Source: Octopus vulgaris (Eukaryota). Taken from it: DNA of 64,000 bases. Below, in pieces: positions 28,333 to 42,270 of this stretch. How positions within the stretch are numbered: position 1 is the stretch's first letter; every line of letters starts with the position of its first letter. Made by a program: the position numbers and the translations under genes. The notes below the pieces were generated by a model. That model saw only the letters and a program-made list of their open reading frames with translations, did not search any database and was not told the DNA's origin. The stretch covers positions 120,218,001 through 120,282,000 of the forward strand of contig OX597814.1 in assembly GCA_951406725.2 (NCBI GenBank), given 5' to 3'.

Positions 28333-28333
<1 letters not shown>
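27946..28333 (+). mobile_element. Non-autonomous Helitron
   Basis: Starts A|TCtttatatataaaag and ends with a GC-rich hairpin cccgagcaacgccggg about 12 nt before TTAG|T (CTAG-like). Inserted between A and T with no TSD. Confidence 0.75.
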
Positions 28334-28377
<44 letters not shown>

Positions 28378-29254
28378 ATACATTTAATACTATTAAAGAT
28401 GCGATTTTAGAGTAAGAATGACGAATTATATTGACCAAATGCATACAGTTCTTCGTAAAACCAATACTTGCTACAAAGCTTGCAGTGTCTCAGCTACTAA
28501 AATATTTTAGCACATGACTAGATCTTACAAAGATAAACATGTGTGTTTAATTGAACTACAATTTTGCTTTAACTGATTTGTTTTATAGGAAACCGCGTTA
28601 TAAACTACTCAATTTAGGCGCCAACTAGGAACGTATGATATTTTACACAAGATTATAAAGTTAAAAACAATTGTGACGATATATCATGACCCATGAGACG
28701 GATTAAATATTACAGAATCGCAAATACTTGGCATATCTACTCTATGGATTAATGCAAATCATTATTCTAATTTTGTAAAACAGCCCTAGCTGGAAAACAT
28801 TTCTAGCAGTGCATCTAATTTGATATTCAGTACTTACTGTTGTCGTTATGTATCGTAACTCTGCAGGCTATTGATGACACTACAACGAACTTATTCCCGA
28901 TTAAGCGCAAGTTTTATGCTGTTTAGCGACACCCGTCCGACCAGTTACTGATATTGTCCATCCATTGCGTTCCTTGCTTGCTTCTCGATATGCTGCCCTC
29001 TACACTTTCTTCTACGATCATGTTTTCCAAACATTTCTTATTTCAAAAATAGCCATAATTATTGAGATCTATTTTTCAGATTATTCAGAAGTTGTCGTCT
29101 TCCACCTACTTATTGTAAAATGCATTCGTTTGTCCTATGATCTTGGTAAATGACACAGAACATTCTCCTATACTCCCACAAAATGACTACAGCTCAAATG
29201 AGAGCTCGCACTTTTCTTGTTTGTAACAGAGGGAATATTTTTGCTGCTCTAGAC

Positions 29255-29400
29255 GATATTCTTTTCTACTCTACGCACAAAGCCCGAAATTTTGTGGGGA
29301 GGGGGCCAGTCGATTAGATTGAAAATCAGTACGTAACTGGTACTTAATTTATCGACGTAGAAAGGATGAAAGGCAAAGTCAACCTTGGCGGAATTTGCTA
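29255..29400 (-). mobile_element. SINE family B, 3' part
   Basis: ctggtacttaatttatcgac...aaaggatgaaaggcaaagtcaaccttggcggaattt is the reverse complement of 33618-33680. Confidence 0.8.
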
Positions 29401-32371
29401 CTCCAGACGATATTAATCTTTCCCGTGGTCTACATCTCAGAATTACAGTCACCTATTCTTAAAGCTGCATCAGAATCTACGAAACTATTTATACATATCA
29501 ATAACTAAAACATTAACATTATTTTACCAGCCACTAAATTTGAAAACTTCCATAACAAATATTCACACAAAGAAATATAATAATGAATCATTTGATTTAG
29601 TTTATCGTCAAAGCATTTCGGGCGAGCCCAGCCGTGTTATCGGATTATATTTAATATGGCCTATACACAATTCGTTTGGAAGGCGCCCTGATATTGTTAC
29701 GTGTCATTTGTTCACAATTTACTGATAAACGTCATATTCCTTTGGAACTTCTTTGTTTATCGATTAAATCCGAAGGCCTTATTGTGAGCATGGTGTTGCA
29801 TAACCACTAGCAAGGCATCATCGTCTGTATGTCATCAGTAAGTATCGCAGTACGCGCTTAAGAAAAACAAATACAATGCAAAACCTCTGTTGTTTCGTAC
29901 CTGATGTAAATATATCGATCACGAAATACAAAGTCATATGTTGACAAATACACTCGGTGATTTACTACGAGCTTAGATATTTTATGTTCTGCAATAATCC
30001 AACTAACATATACACCTTCCCGTTGTATCACACAAATATTAACAACGAACCTATCTAAGAATATTCCATATTGTCATCTTTGTAAAGGTGTCAAGGTTTC
30101 CGTCACACTGGCAAACAACTCTACATGGCCCTAATCTTGTCCTCTTTATTCACACTGCAAATGTTGACCAGCATATATAATATGCTTTGTGACTCGATTG
30201 TAGAGAATATCCTATCGACATTCTAAAAATGTGTTTTTGAAGATTTTATATTGATGGCTATCGGGGAAATGTTCGTCTATCAAAGCTGAGAAGATTTAAC
30301 TTCATTCATCCAAGAATTCAATGAAACAATACATAAAACTTTCGAAGGTTTCAATTTTACTGCTCGTTTTTGTTTCTTCACACAGTCTTTAAACAATTTT
30401 GATTAGATAGTAGTAATTTTTCTATACTGCTACAGCTGTGGCATTATGATTTTCCTCCACTTCCTTTTCCTTTATTATCCTGCTACTCCTTTTGGCATAA
30501 ATGCTGTGGGAGTCTTTTCACGCTTATTTAAATCAATATTAATTTTATTCTTACATGTATAACTCGTTCCCTTTAAGAACAATATCATTCTTTACTTTTT
30601 CAAATTCACAGATTCCCTTATAAAACGTCTTCATAACTATCCAATCTTTCACCTTTGTTTCTATAAGTTGTGGCATCAGTAGTCAATGCGTTTCATCCCT
30701 TTGATCTAAAATATGTTTTTCCTGAATATCACTGAAATTATTAATGTTTTTCATTTTCTACTGAGGTAAGTTTGAGATTAAATATAAGAAGCTTTGACAT
30801 ATCGTAATTCATGATCGCTTCCACATTCTCTCCCTTTATTCTTGCAATTCAACCTTACATGACTTTTACGATGTTCTAGCCACTTAATTCTACTGCTACT
30901 AAATTTAGCTCTTGTCACTTTCACTTAGGGAGAACGCTTTGAGAAAGTAATACTCGAGTATATCATTGGATTTACATAGAATTACAATCAGTTTAATATG
31001 AATCTATTAGCCGTGCTGAATCATCGTGTTTAAGGATCCTAAAATGCTTGCGTATCAGAAACACGTGTCAGTCTCTTATATGTTGTAAACTATAATTAAA
31101 GATGTATAACTTTACATTCTTCATCACGTTTTATTCAAACATACATGCATGCATACATACATACTTACATACACACATACAAACACACATATATGTATGT
31201 ATATGGGTATAAGTATATATGTGTATGCGTGTATTTCTCGATGTGTGTATGTATACAGACGCACGCACACACTAGCCCACATAAACAGACAAACATATAG
31301 AGAGATACTTCTCCCTCCTCCAACACGTTGTGAATATACGTTTTCTTTATGATACATCCACTAACTTGTTTTGATAATTGAAGTAGTTCAAGTATCAAGT
31401 TTCTTCAACAAAGAAAATTTATCAATTGATTATGTTTCCAAATTAAATATCGTCAGTAGAACTTGCAGTGAAGCATCACTCAATATATTTAAGTAGCGAG
31501 TAGAATTGATTTCGTTATCGCCTTTGTTTTGTGGATTCATTCATTTGATTAGTATGAAGTTGGTATGGTGTAAAATAATTAAAAGATAAAACATTAATGT
31601 TCTGAATATAAAGATATGTATATTTTAATCCTTCGAACAACAAATTTTATAAGGACGAAACCGCATTGTTGTAACGTATCGTGTTCACCTTAATTAATTA
31701 AATCAATAGTGTGGCATTAATTTATGTTTCACTTCATTTAATACAATACCAACAATACTAATATTTTCTACCGCTATAATACTCATTTTTATTTTGTAAG
31801 AATCTTCCTTTCAAATACACCAATATTAAACGATCCAACCGCACACCCTTCATCGCACAGATTCCTGTTTTTATTAACACATCCTGCACTTATATGAGAA
31901 ATTTCGCCTGCATATATTTATCCTTGTATTCTTTCTTGAAACAGATACACGGATTTTCATTCTAAAACATTTTCTAGAGAAAAATCTATTCAGAAACAGC
32001 TGCATTGATGCCCAATGAATATATTGGATACACACTGATCTTCCTAAGATATGCTATCTCCTTGCAATATGCTTTGTTACAGTATGTGAAATGTATGCCG
32101 CATGTTTTACCAATTTGCGATCGATTTCATAAACTGAGACTTAATTAATGAAATTCTCATTGTTTTTTAACAATATGTGCGCTGTGCACATACGCACACA
32201 TTTTAAAATATGTATACGCAACATTTTCCATGCTAACTATTTTATACATTGAAAAGAATTCTTAATTACATTCAACAGTGGATATCTAAAAAAATCTCAG
32301 TATTATTAATTATACTTCACTGTGTTTGTAATCTTTCTTTATTGTGATGCTACAAACTATTTCATAAAACA

Positions 32372-32870
<499 letters not shown>

Positions 32871-33539
32871 CATCGGTAAGATACTCTTTGCATAAATGAG
32901 CTGGTCGAGTTTCAGAACTTGTTTCCTTTCAAAATAAAAATCAATTTTTGTTTATCTCATGTCGCTAATACCATTAAAAACAACAACAAAAAGAAAACAA
33001 ACTGAACGTTGAACTGCGCGCATTATAAACCTGTAGCAGTGTGACTAAGAGAGAAATCAATAAATGCATATTAAATCTAACATAATCTAAGAAGTCAGTA
33101 ATATATATATTGAAAGACTAATAAAACTATTTCATGTTAATGTATCTAGTGTAAAGTTGCGCATTTCATATGCATCCCTCTGCAATCTAGCTAGCTGCTT
33201 TAAATGCCTACCTTAAATTTGTATCGCTTTTACCAGAAATATATGACATTAAATTGTGGTGAATATTGAATAGGCAAAAGAATAAGTGAATGGACTTCGT
33301 TAGGATGATTAAGCATGTGATTACTTTCAGAAAGTTCGGTGTTTTCACGCAATGTCCATTATCTAATGAATTGAAAATGTCAGTCATCCCCTGCAGCAAA
33401 GAAATATGGCTTCCAGATAACGAATAGTTCTAAAATCAGGTTTAAATATTTTTCATATACATTTAAAAACGTCAGTACGTTCCTCTCAACTGGGCGTTGA
33501 AATTAATGCTATGGTGTACATTACTATACATTACCATAA

Positions 33540-33775
33540 AGGCTGCCAGCTGGCAGAAACGTTAGCACGCCGGGCGAAATGCGTAGCCGTAATTCGTCTG
33601 TCGTTACGTTCTGAGTTCAAATTCCGCCGAAGTCGACTTTGCCTTTCATCCTTTCGGGGTCGATACATTAAGTACCAGTTACGCCCTGGGGTAGATGTAA
33701 TCGACTTAATACCTATGTCTGTCCTTGTTTGTCCCCTCTATGTTTAGCCCCTTGTGGGTAGTAAAGAAATAGGTA
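33540..33775 (+). mobile_element. SINE family B, full length
   Basis: A-box-like agctggcagaa, B box gagttcaaattcc, conserved central gtcgactttgcctttcatcctttcggggtcga, tail ...gtaaagaaataggt. Flanked by a repeated tacattactataca (possible TSD). Confidence 0.85.
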
Positions 33776-34615
33776 TACATTACTATACACTGTTATAGTC
33801 GTTACAAAGTAAAATTCCAGGCAATCCATGATTAACTATGTTGAATTTGCATTCATTCGGCTACTAACTTCACATCACATAATCCATTGCCTGATAATGA
33901 CGTCGGTATCATCAAAATGCTTTTTGAAGTCAATTTTTAGCTCATAACGTTCCAGATACGTAGACAAATAATCGATGATAAAGACGTCAGTCACATTTCA
34001 CACACAAAACAATCGAGTGAAAGTAATATTTAGACGACATACAAAGGTTAAAGATTATTATATTTTAAATTTATTTTGGAAAGTTAGGATAGAATTATTA
34101 CATAACTTACACATCACATAAGGCAGAAGCTGATATATTGCTTCATTGTTCCCCTTAATAGTTTTACAGTCGAGTCAGTCATCGATATTTAGTGAGAGAA
34201 AGCATAAGGAAAACGTATTTAATCCAACCGAAAGAGGACTATAATCAACTACAATATTTGCACCAGTTACAGTGTGTTTGGTCACACAATATTTTGATGC
34301 CATTCAAGAATTGAAAAGAAACCGCTTTGTGTGATTAAAAAGTATGTGGAGTTAAAAAGGTCATGTCATAATTGACTTATATAACACATGAAACAATTCC
34401 ATATTCCATATAACAATTCCATATATGATTGGCTTTGTAACTTTATTCCCTAAGTAAGAAAGCGAGTTAGGCATCATCAGATCCAACCGATTAGTGGATA
34501 ATTATTCTATTCAGAGATGCTAAAGGAAGTTAAATATCAGAATCGTTTCTATATAAGTATTGCAAAAAGATACGGTATAATACATGTATATATGTGAATA
34601 CGTGTGTATATGTAC

Positions 34616-34701
<86 letters not shown>

Positions 34702-34724
34702 ATATATATATATATATATATATA
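34616..34724. repeat. (TATC)n + (TA)n microsatellite
   Basis: Seen directly. Similar tracts at ~41527-41680 and ~53013-53105. Confidence 0.95.
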
Positions 34725-34888
34725 CGGCGGGCTTCTTTCAGTTTCCCTGTACCAAATCCACACACAAGGCTTTGGTCGACACGAGTCTATAGTAGAAAAC
34801 ACTTACATAAAGTTCCACGCAGAGAGATTGAACCAGGAACCACGTGGTTGGGAAGCAACCTTCCTACCACACACCCAATCCTGCACCT

Positions 34889-34890
<2 letters not shown>
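34725..34890 (-). mobile_element. SINE family A, 5' half
   Basis: cgggcttctttcagtttcc...accaaatccacacacaaggctttggtcg...gaaccacgtggttgggaagcaa...cctgcacc. Confidence 0.8.
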
Positions 34891-34985
<95 letters not shown>

Positions 34986-34987
<2 letters not shown>

Positions 34988-35600
34988 GGAATTTAACGTA
35001 GGTATAATTCAAATACTTTTACTTTCGACACATGTTTCGAAGATTTTACTGATATTATTCCAAAGGAATAAAATGGTGCAAAACAATGTTATCTTCTCTT
35101 TAGGGAAGTGAAGAAATGAAACTCGTCAATAAGACATTTAACAGATAATGATGGATATGTATAGTGATTTACTGAATGCTATTAATATTGTTTGCAAAAA
35201 CGTTATATGTCATAAGGTATCGAGATTGACGGAATCAACCATTATAAATTAAATTGTTCATTGTGGTCTTTTAGATCCCAAATTAAAAAAGTTTTTTTTT
35301 TAACTTATGAAGTAAATTAAAAACTATATTAATTAAATTAGAAAATATATTAATCAGATTTTTCTGACGAAACACTTCAATTTTTCACTTCTATGAATGT
35401 GGCACTTATTTTTGAGTCTTTCTTCTACCGAGTAATTTATAAGAAAATACATAAGATGTATTTTACAATATGCAAAATATCGTATTCTGTAGTCTTCAAC
35501 CAAGGCTTCTTTAAATAAATCAGTTGAAGAAATATGTACAAAACAAATATAAAAATATGAAAACATTTGTTTATACTGGAACATATATTACTATAAATTA
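34986..35600 (-). mobile_element. Decayed Penelope-like element related to 18183-19988
   Basis: 35211-35281 aligns with 18660-18731 (GIY-YIG coding), and 34986-35130 aligns with 18195-18345. The 3' end abuts (TA)n. Confidence 0.8.
35021..35109 (-). ncRNA. Hammerhead-like motif, core mutated (CTAAAGA)
   Basis: Minus strand: acttcc-CTAAAGA-gaagat...atcttc-GAAA-catgtg-TC-gaaagt. Perfect 6-bp stem II. Confidence 0.6.
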
Positions 35601-35603
35601 GTA

Positions 35604-35750
35604 TATGAGGGTGTGAAGATTTCCTTGCTTTAAAAATATTGGGAATGGCTTGGTTCTGAGAGGGGGATATTTTGAATAAAATCATAATTAACTGATCCAC
35701 CTGTACGTTCTTTTCCATAAAAGCCAGGAACTTTTCAGCACACCCTCGTA
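35604..35750. mobile_element. Tc1/mariner-type MITE
   Basis: TIRs TA-tgagggtgtgaagatttccttgcttta ... aaagccaggaacttttcagcacaccctcg-TA. Confidence 0.75.
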
Positions 35751-36715
35751 CCATATATTAAAGAAATACGTTCGGCAGAATAGTGTTTTAAGTATTGAAG
35801 CTTTTACCACAACAGTTTTTCAATGGAAGAAATACTCTGACAACCTACCCTCGCTTTAGAGCGTTTAGTAAAGCAGATACATTAAGTATGTCACATCGAT
35901 AATGTTTATATTGTTCAAGCTACTTCAAACAGAGTTTAATTTTGCCTTCCTTCTGCAACACTTATTCCCATCAGTGAATAGCTTCCCGGCTATTTATTTA
36001 TGTATCTTTAACAGGCCGAAGCAGGTGGTTTTGATTGTACGTGAGCGTGTGTAACTGAGAAGCAGACATGACCGCGCAATGTCGATAACTGTCAGTCTCT
36101 TTCAGTTCCAGGATTATTTTGTTTCGCCTGGCTGTATGGTATACTATGTTTTTAAACAAAGCACGTCTGTATTGGGGTCTGCCTCCGACAAAGTCCGGCA
36201 GCTTTACAAGGTTTAAAACACGCTCTTACATCTCACATACGCCACATATGTCAAATATGTCTCAATATCTATGTTATTTGAACTATTTCAAAGACAATAA
36301 TTATAGCATAAAATTGTGTGTGAATGTGAGTGTATGTATGTGTTTTTGTGTGTGTAAGTATGTGAGTGTGTGCGTGCATGTGTGTGTATGTGTGAGCACA
36401 AATGATGATATCCCGAGGTACACGCTCTTACTCATGGTTGTGAGTGAAACCGGAATGTAATTAGTCAAGGTTTCGGCTTTCGCAGAACATAGATCTTCAA
36501 CGCTGAAAAAGACACGTAAATGCAGTACAAGGCGCAAGTCAGAATTAAAGCTGAATTGAAAGTATTTTTATATGGAGGAACTTCAAGGTATACAAGTAAT
36601 AAACATCAGGACTGCTAGACATTAACAAATCGTGATGTCACTAACCTGTTACACAAGGACGGGGAAAGCAATACAAAGGGACGTTAGGCAACCATTATGT
36701 TATTCGAATTTTTTA

Positions 36716-36952
36716 TGTAGACTAACATAACCCTCACCAGCTACTCTTAACGCCTAGGGTTAATCTCAACTACCTCTGTCAGTTTTATAAGAAAAACCGG
36801 TGAAAACCTCCATTGATGTTTGGGAATTGGCCAGCCATCTCATAAAGGATATATATACCTACCAAATCAGCCAATTGTGCTGAGTCAGAACTTCCTATCG
36901 TGACATCAAAACTGCCAGGTGTTTGTATACGGACCGAAAAATTATTTTCAAA
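36716..36952 (-). repeat. ~235-bp dispersed duplicate (copy 2 at ~37606-37843) containing a PLE RT fragment
   Basis: Near-identical direct repeats. The minus strand reads GSFDVTIGSSDSAQLADLVGIYILYEMAGQFPNINGGFHR, a Penelope RT motif. Confidence 0.85.
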
Positions 36953-37605
36953 TACATCGAAATATGTAATTTTCCAGCAAAAAGGAGATACTCGTTCTTT
37001 ATGTCCCTTTATACGTTATAAAAATAAGTCTAGAACATTTAAAGTTAATTATCATAATAACAATGGGTGTCTTATTTAAACAGTTTGGATGATCATCTCC
37101 CACCTTAAATAGAATAGTGCTCAGTTTCTAACTCTGTTTGTGAATCTCTCATTGCTGATCAAATGCCGGTCGACATCGACACATACGATTGCCAAAAAGA
37201 AATGCATATAAGTTTGAAAATTGCAAGTCACTCCTTCACTAACCGCAGGCTCGTATTTCCGTATTTTTTTCAATCAATAGAAATTATATAATTTTACCTG
37301 TTTTCTCTGAGATGTGGAACTTTGTAAGAAACCACTGACCAAAAGATTATAAGTAAAATAAACGAATGCTAGAGCCTTTATTCAGCATTTTTATATTCTC
37401 GAACACATGATATATATAAATACTTACATACCAAATTAAAAAGGGTGGCTTATTAGTAATTTAAGCCTAAAGGCAAAATTAATAGAAATCTCAAAATTGA
37501 CAGAGGTTACTGACTAGTACCGCTTTTGTAACTCAAAGCTACAGACACTGATAAAGTGAGGTAAATCCCCAGCGTACACAGCTAAATCGCGATTTGCAAT
37601 TTTGA

Positions 37606-38440
37606 TGTAGACTAACATAACCCTCACCAGCGACTCTTAACGCCTAGGGTTAAACTCAACTACCTCTGTCAGTTTTATAAGAAAAACCGGTGAAAACCTC
37701 CATTGATGTTTGTGAATTGGCCAGCCATCGCATAAAGGATATATATACCTACAAAATCAGCCAGTTGTGCTGAGTCAGAACTTCCTATCGTGACATCAAA
37801 ACTGTCAGGTGCTTCTTTACTGACCGAAAGATTATTTTCAAATTTAATGATTGATATCGTGCTGATCGTCTAATCTACCTTCAAAATATTTCTAACCCAA
37901 AATTACAAAGGGTCAAAAATAAGTTGGTTAAATTATTCCAAAACATGGGCTTAAACATTATTTTCGATGATGATATAACTAAAACCAACTTTTTGGATAT
38001 TACCTTTAACTTATACAAGGATTCATATTTTCTATACCCTAAACCCTCACCTAATTTAAGATATATTAGCTCTTTTAGTAATCATCCGAAGGCTATTACA
38101 AGGAATTTCTAGAGTATTTGTTAATGTTGATATCTCCAATGATACAGTTGAATTTTATAACTCTGCTTTACTTAAAGCAGACTATAAAGAAAAAAAATAT
38201 ATATATTAAATCAATTGACATTAATTCTGCCTCTATTAATCAGGACATGAAGACACATCATAACAGTAATAACAATGTAACTTGTAGTACGAATAACAAC
38301 AGTAACTCGGAAAAAGTAATTTTGCAGTAAAAGGGAGATAACCGTTCTTTATGTCCCTTTATACGTAGTAAAAATAGGACATTTAAAGTTAATTAACCTA
38401 ATAACAATGTGTGTCTTAAAACAGTTTGACTGATCATTGC
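37606..38440. pseudogene. Penelope RT remnant with internal inversion
   Basis: Minus ~37690-37810 carries the FDVTIGS motif. Plus 37853-38110 reads YRADRLI...KLVKLFQNMGLNI...TNFLDITFNL...YISSFSNHPK (YxDD decayed to YRAD). Confidence 0.85.
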
Positions 38441-38657
38441 ATTTGATAAGCAGAATAATTCCAACGTCCCTTACCAGTTTCATGAAGCTATAGATAAGAG
38501 TTTTCCAAAACATTGCAGATACCATTCCATTACCCATTCACATCAAATTAGAATGCATTTTTTCAAAGACTAAAAACCTTTCACCAATCATTTCATCGCA
38601 GTCATTCTAAGACTAGGAACACTGTTTATCTCTGTAAAATTACTTCTATTGCTGATG

Positions 38658-38710
<53 letters not shown>

Positions 38711-38814
38711 TAGTTCATCGTAACAGTTGCTGAAAAGAATATCTAACAATTACATTATATTTAGACAACAAATTAATTTGGTCTCTAAGGGAACATAAGA
38801 ATTCGATTTGGATT

Positions 38815-39190
38815 TTTGTTTTCTATTTCATCTAGTTTCAGCTCACGAGATGTGGCCATGCTGGGGCACCGCCATTTGGTGTTGCTACATAATTGTACTT
38901 CATGAATGCTTTTTAGCAATTGACATTAGATGCATGAGAGTGTTTGATGCAGCTGCCCTCATCTTCACCTCCTGCTGTGAAGTTAGTTCATCTGGGACAC
39001 CTGACAGGAAGAGGTCCAGCATTATTTTGGAGACACCTACATCCACCCCATGAAGGTCTCTCAGGTCCTTCGGGAGGATATTGAAGAGCTGTGGACCTAT
39101 GAAGCCCAGGCTATTGCATTATCTTGTTCTACATTTTGATGGAAAATTTGGAGACCTTGGCACTACGCAGTGGCGCCGAGTTCTCGATGG
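38815..39190 (-). mobile_element. CR1/L2-group LINE 3' end
   Basis: Minus strand reads ...CNSLGFIGPQLFNILPKDLRDLHGVDV...LDLFLSGVPDE...AAASNTL, then a short 3' UTR ggcggtgccccagcatggccacatctcgtgagctgaaac. Confidence 0.8.
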
Positions 39191-39690
39191 ATGGAAAATT
39201 TTATCTAGATACTTACCGTATAACATATGTAAATCATTTTTGTCCGCTCTGTAACGAAGAGCAATGTTGATATGTTCGTGTGTTTTTCTTGTGATATTTA
39301 CAATATCAAGATTTTAACCCAAATGGATACACGCAGGATTGAACCTAAAGACTTACGCTCATGGATCTTATGCAGGATTACACCTAAGGATTCATACTCT
39401 AGTTTCTATAACTTCGGGGAGTTGAACTATGAACTTTTATGCTTCTTTTTTCTTCTCACTTACCATCTCTTTATTCTTTTATTTCATTCATCTATGTTAT
39501 CATCTTATTGATATATACCATTTTCATTTTCCATATTTTTTTTTTCTTTTAGTTGTCTCTGCTGACGGAATATTCCATACTCGGGGATATCCCAGAAACA
39601 GCAATAAACTTTTGAATTTCTACCTATAATAATATTGTATATGACTTGGGACGTTTGCTTTGCCTCAATGTTTGACGTCTTGTTTAACAG

Positions 39691-39725
<35 letters not shown>

Positions 39726-40210
39726 TTGCGTTCTTTCATCCCCTATTTTATAGGGTTTCACAGTACTAATAATTAATCCTGTTAATGAATATCTAATATT
39801 TTCATCCTTGAATGACCATATAAGAATAATAAGTCTTGTTGGAAATTTTCTAGAATTATTTCTAAACTATCTTGACAGCTACAAAATCACTCATTAAATT
39901 TGAGATAAATATTGGATTAGGAAAGATCGGCCAGATATGTTCGACATAACAATGGGTTGGAAGAATTATATCAAATATTTATTCAGAAAAATAAATTATT
40001 TCACACTAGACAAGAAAGAAACTATTTGCTTTCACAGACAACGCTTTCTTTTTTTTTTTTTTCAAGTTTAAATAATTGAATGCAATAAATTCGAAAACAA
40101 TTTTTTCTCACCATAGCTATAATAACAATAACAATGATGACACATATATGAATAGCAGAACAGAATTCAATTTATAAGATTATACCTGATATAACCTAAA
40201 AACACTTTAA

Positions 40211-40330
<120 letters not shown>

Positions 40331-40370
40331 AAGAAGAAAAAGAAGAGGAAGAAGAAGAAGAAGAAGAAAA

Positions 40371-40925
40371 GCCCTGATGCAGTACTAGACAGTGGCACTC
40401 AGGGCTTCTGACCTTAACTGATTGGAAGTGTTACCATGTACATTGCTTTGCCTTGCTATAAAAGATGGGCTACAGCAAATATTCTGCTCAATACCACAGA
40501 TTTGCTTGTCAGTTGTTAGACCTTAACCAGTTGACCATGTCCCTTAGTGGCTGACGATATGTACAGCTCTGGTCACGAGCAGAAGTAGTGGGGGAGCATC
40601 ATAACCGTGTGTTAAAAGGAATTCATAGGTGTTTGGATAATTCACCTTCGGAAACATGGGTGGTTCGTTCAACATCCTTAAACAATTCTTATTCAGGGAT
40701 CTTTTGAGCGGGATGGGCTACTCGACCAGAACGAAATTCTAACTAGGCCCCACCTACAAGGTCATGCGCTGTTTATCTTGATATGAGATCACCATGTCGC
40801 GCACATGTGGTCGTGATGCATGTGCCTGGTGTACCCTTATCAGACGGGTAGTCATAATGGATAAACTGGGCTTCGTATATTTTACCCCAGTGTAACTTTG
40901 ATGACATGCACTGCTCTCTCACTCA
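40371..40925 (+). mobile_element. ~555-bp non-coding element embedded in (TAA)n/(GAA)n arrays, possibly a non-autonomous R4/Dong-type derivative
   Basis: GC-balanced block sharply bounded on both sides by (TAA)n-(GAA)n arrays. No ORF. Confidence 0.55.
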
Positions 40926-40952
40926 ATGATAATAATAATAATAATGATGATG

Positions 40953-41040
<88 letters not shown>

Positions 41041-41576
41041 GAAGAAGAAGAAGAAGAAGAAGAAGAGGAAGAAAGTAATCTTCACAAAAGTTCAAATATT
41101 ATAACCAACTCTGAAATTCATTAAAACAAGCAATGTGACTATAAAAAATGTAGGATCATTCAAAGGAAAAGTTTTCTATAAAAAACACTCCTCCAATAGA
41201 CCAAGAAAATTTGCCTACTTTAAAAATTACTGTTGCAGGTGATGCTGAATTTTACCGACAATCAGTTGCGGAAAACGTCAATGAACGTCATAGTTTATTA
41301 CTACTGCTAACAAGCTTAATTCAAACAAAGAACGGAGGAAAATTCCTCTTCGAACAATATCATATTTACACACCGTGAAGAGATCGTACCAATAATGCAC
41401 AAATTATGAGTATGCAACTATATGTAATTAATGCAACCAAATCAGTTGTCCGATAATTATTATAAATGAACCAACTATAAATACACATAGCGTGTGAATG
41501 TTCACATTTTTCATTCTCCTTACCAGTACATGTATATCTATTTATTTATCTATCTATCTATCTATCTATCTATCTG

Positions 41577-41649
<73 letters not shown>

Positions 41650-41672
41650 TTATCTATATATCTATCTATCTA

Positions 41673-41704
<32 letters not shown>

Positions 41705-41707
<3 letters not shown>

Positions 41708-42270
41708 TGAGATAGGGGTTGTAAATGCAACCCTCCATGGGATAACATGTATCCAATATACTGCTAGTGTAGTACCCAACAATGTTAATACATAAATGTT
41801 AAGGTTTGCGATGCAATCAATTCATTTACTGTATTATATGGGCGAAGGTAAATGATTTACCACAAATTACTAATTACTAATACAAGATAAGAAAATGGAG
41901 AAATACATCTAAATCAAATATCAATTACCAGATAATACTCAATCACATACTTTATTAAACCACCACATAAGAGACTGTAGGGTTAAACATAAAAAAGCAG
42001 AAAAAGCAGTGTACATAAAGGAATGTACATAAAAAGTGTACCTAAAAGAGTATTGTTGTATAATAAGTAGAATATATATAAAAAAGAGAATATAAATATA
42101 AGTAAATATAAATATAAGTATAGATTACATCTTACAGCTGTTTCGGCCATGTAGATAAGTATGTCTCATTTTACCAATATTAGCCTTTTATGGTAGGTCA
42201 ATATATAGATATAAATCAGACATTTACAAAAATATCATAAGGCCTCCTCGGAGATATACATATACATATG
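41705..42270 (-). mobile_element. PLE-type 3' non-coding fragment ending in (TA)n
   Basis: Begins at a TA tract and carries the HHR at 42126-42258. Confidence 0.6.
42126..42258 (-). ncRNA. Type I hammerhead ribozyme (U4C core) with ~90-nt loop II
   Basis: Minus strand: tatatct-CCGAGGA-ggcc...ggcc-GAAA-cagctg-TA-agatgta. 7-bp stem I, 4-bp GC stem II, palindromic stem III. Confidence 0.75.

Noticed and set aside
31012-31075. GAAA-cacgtg-TC hammerhead 3' half
   Set aside because: No convincing core or stems I/II upstream.
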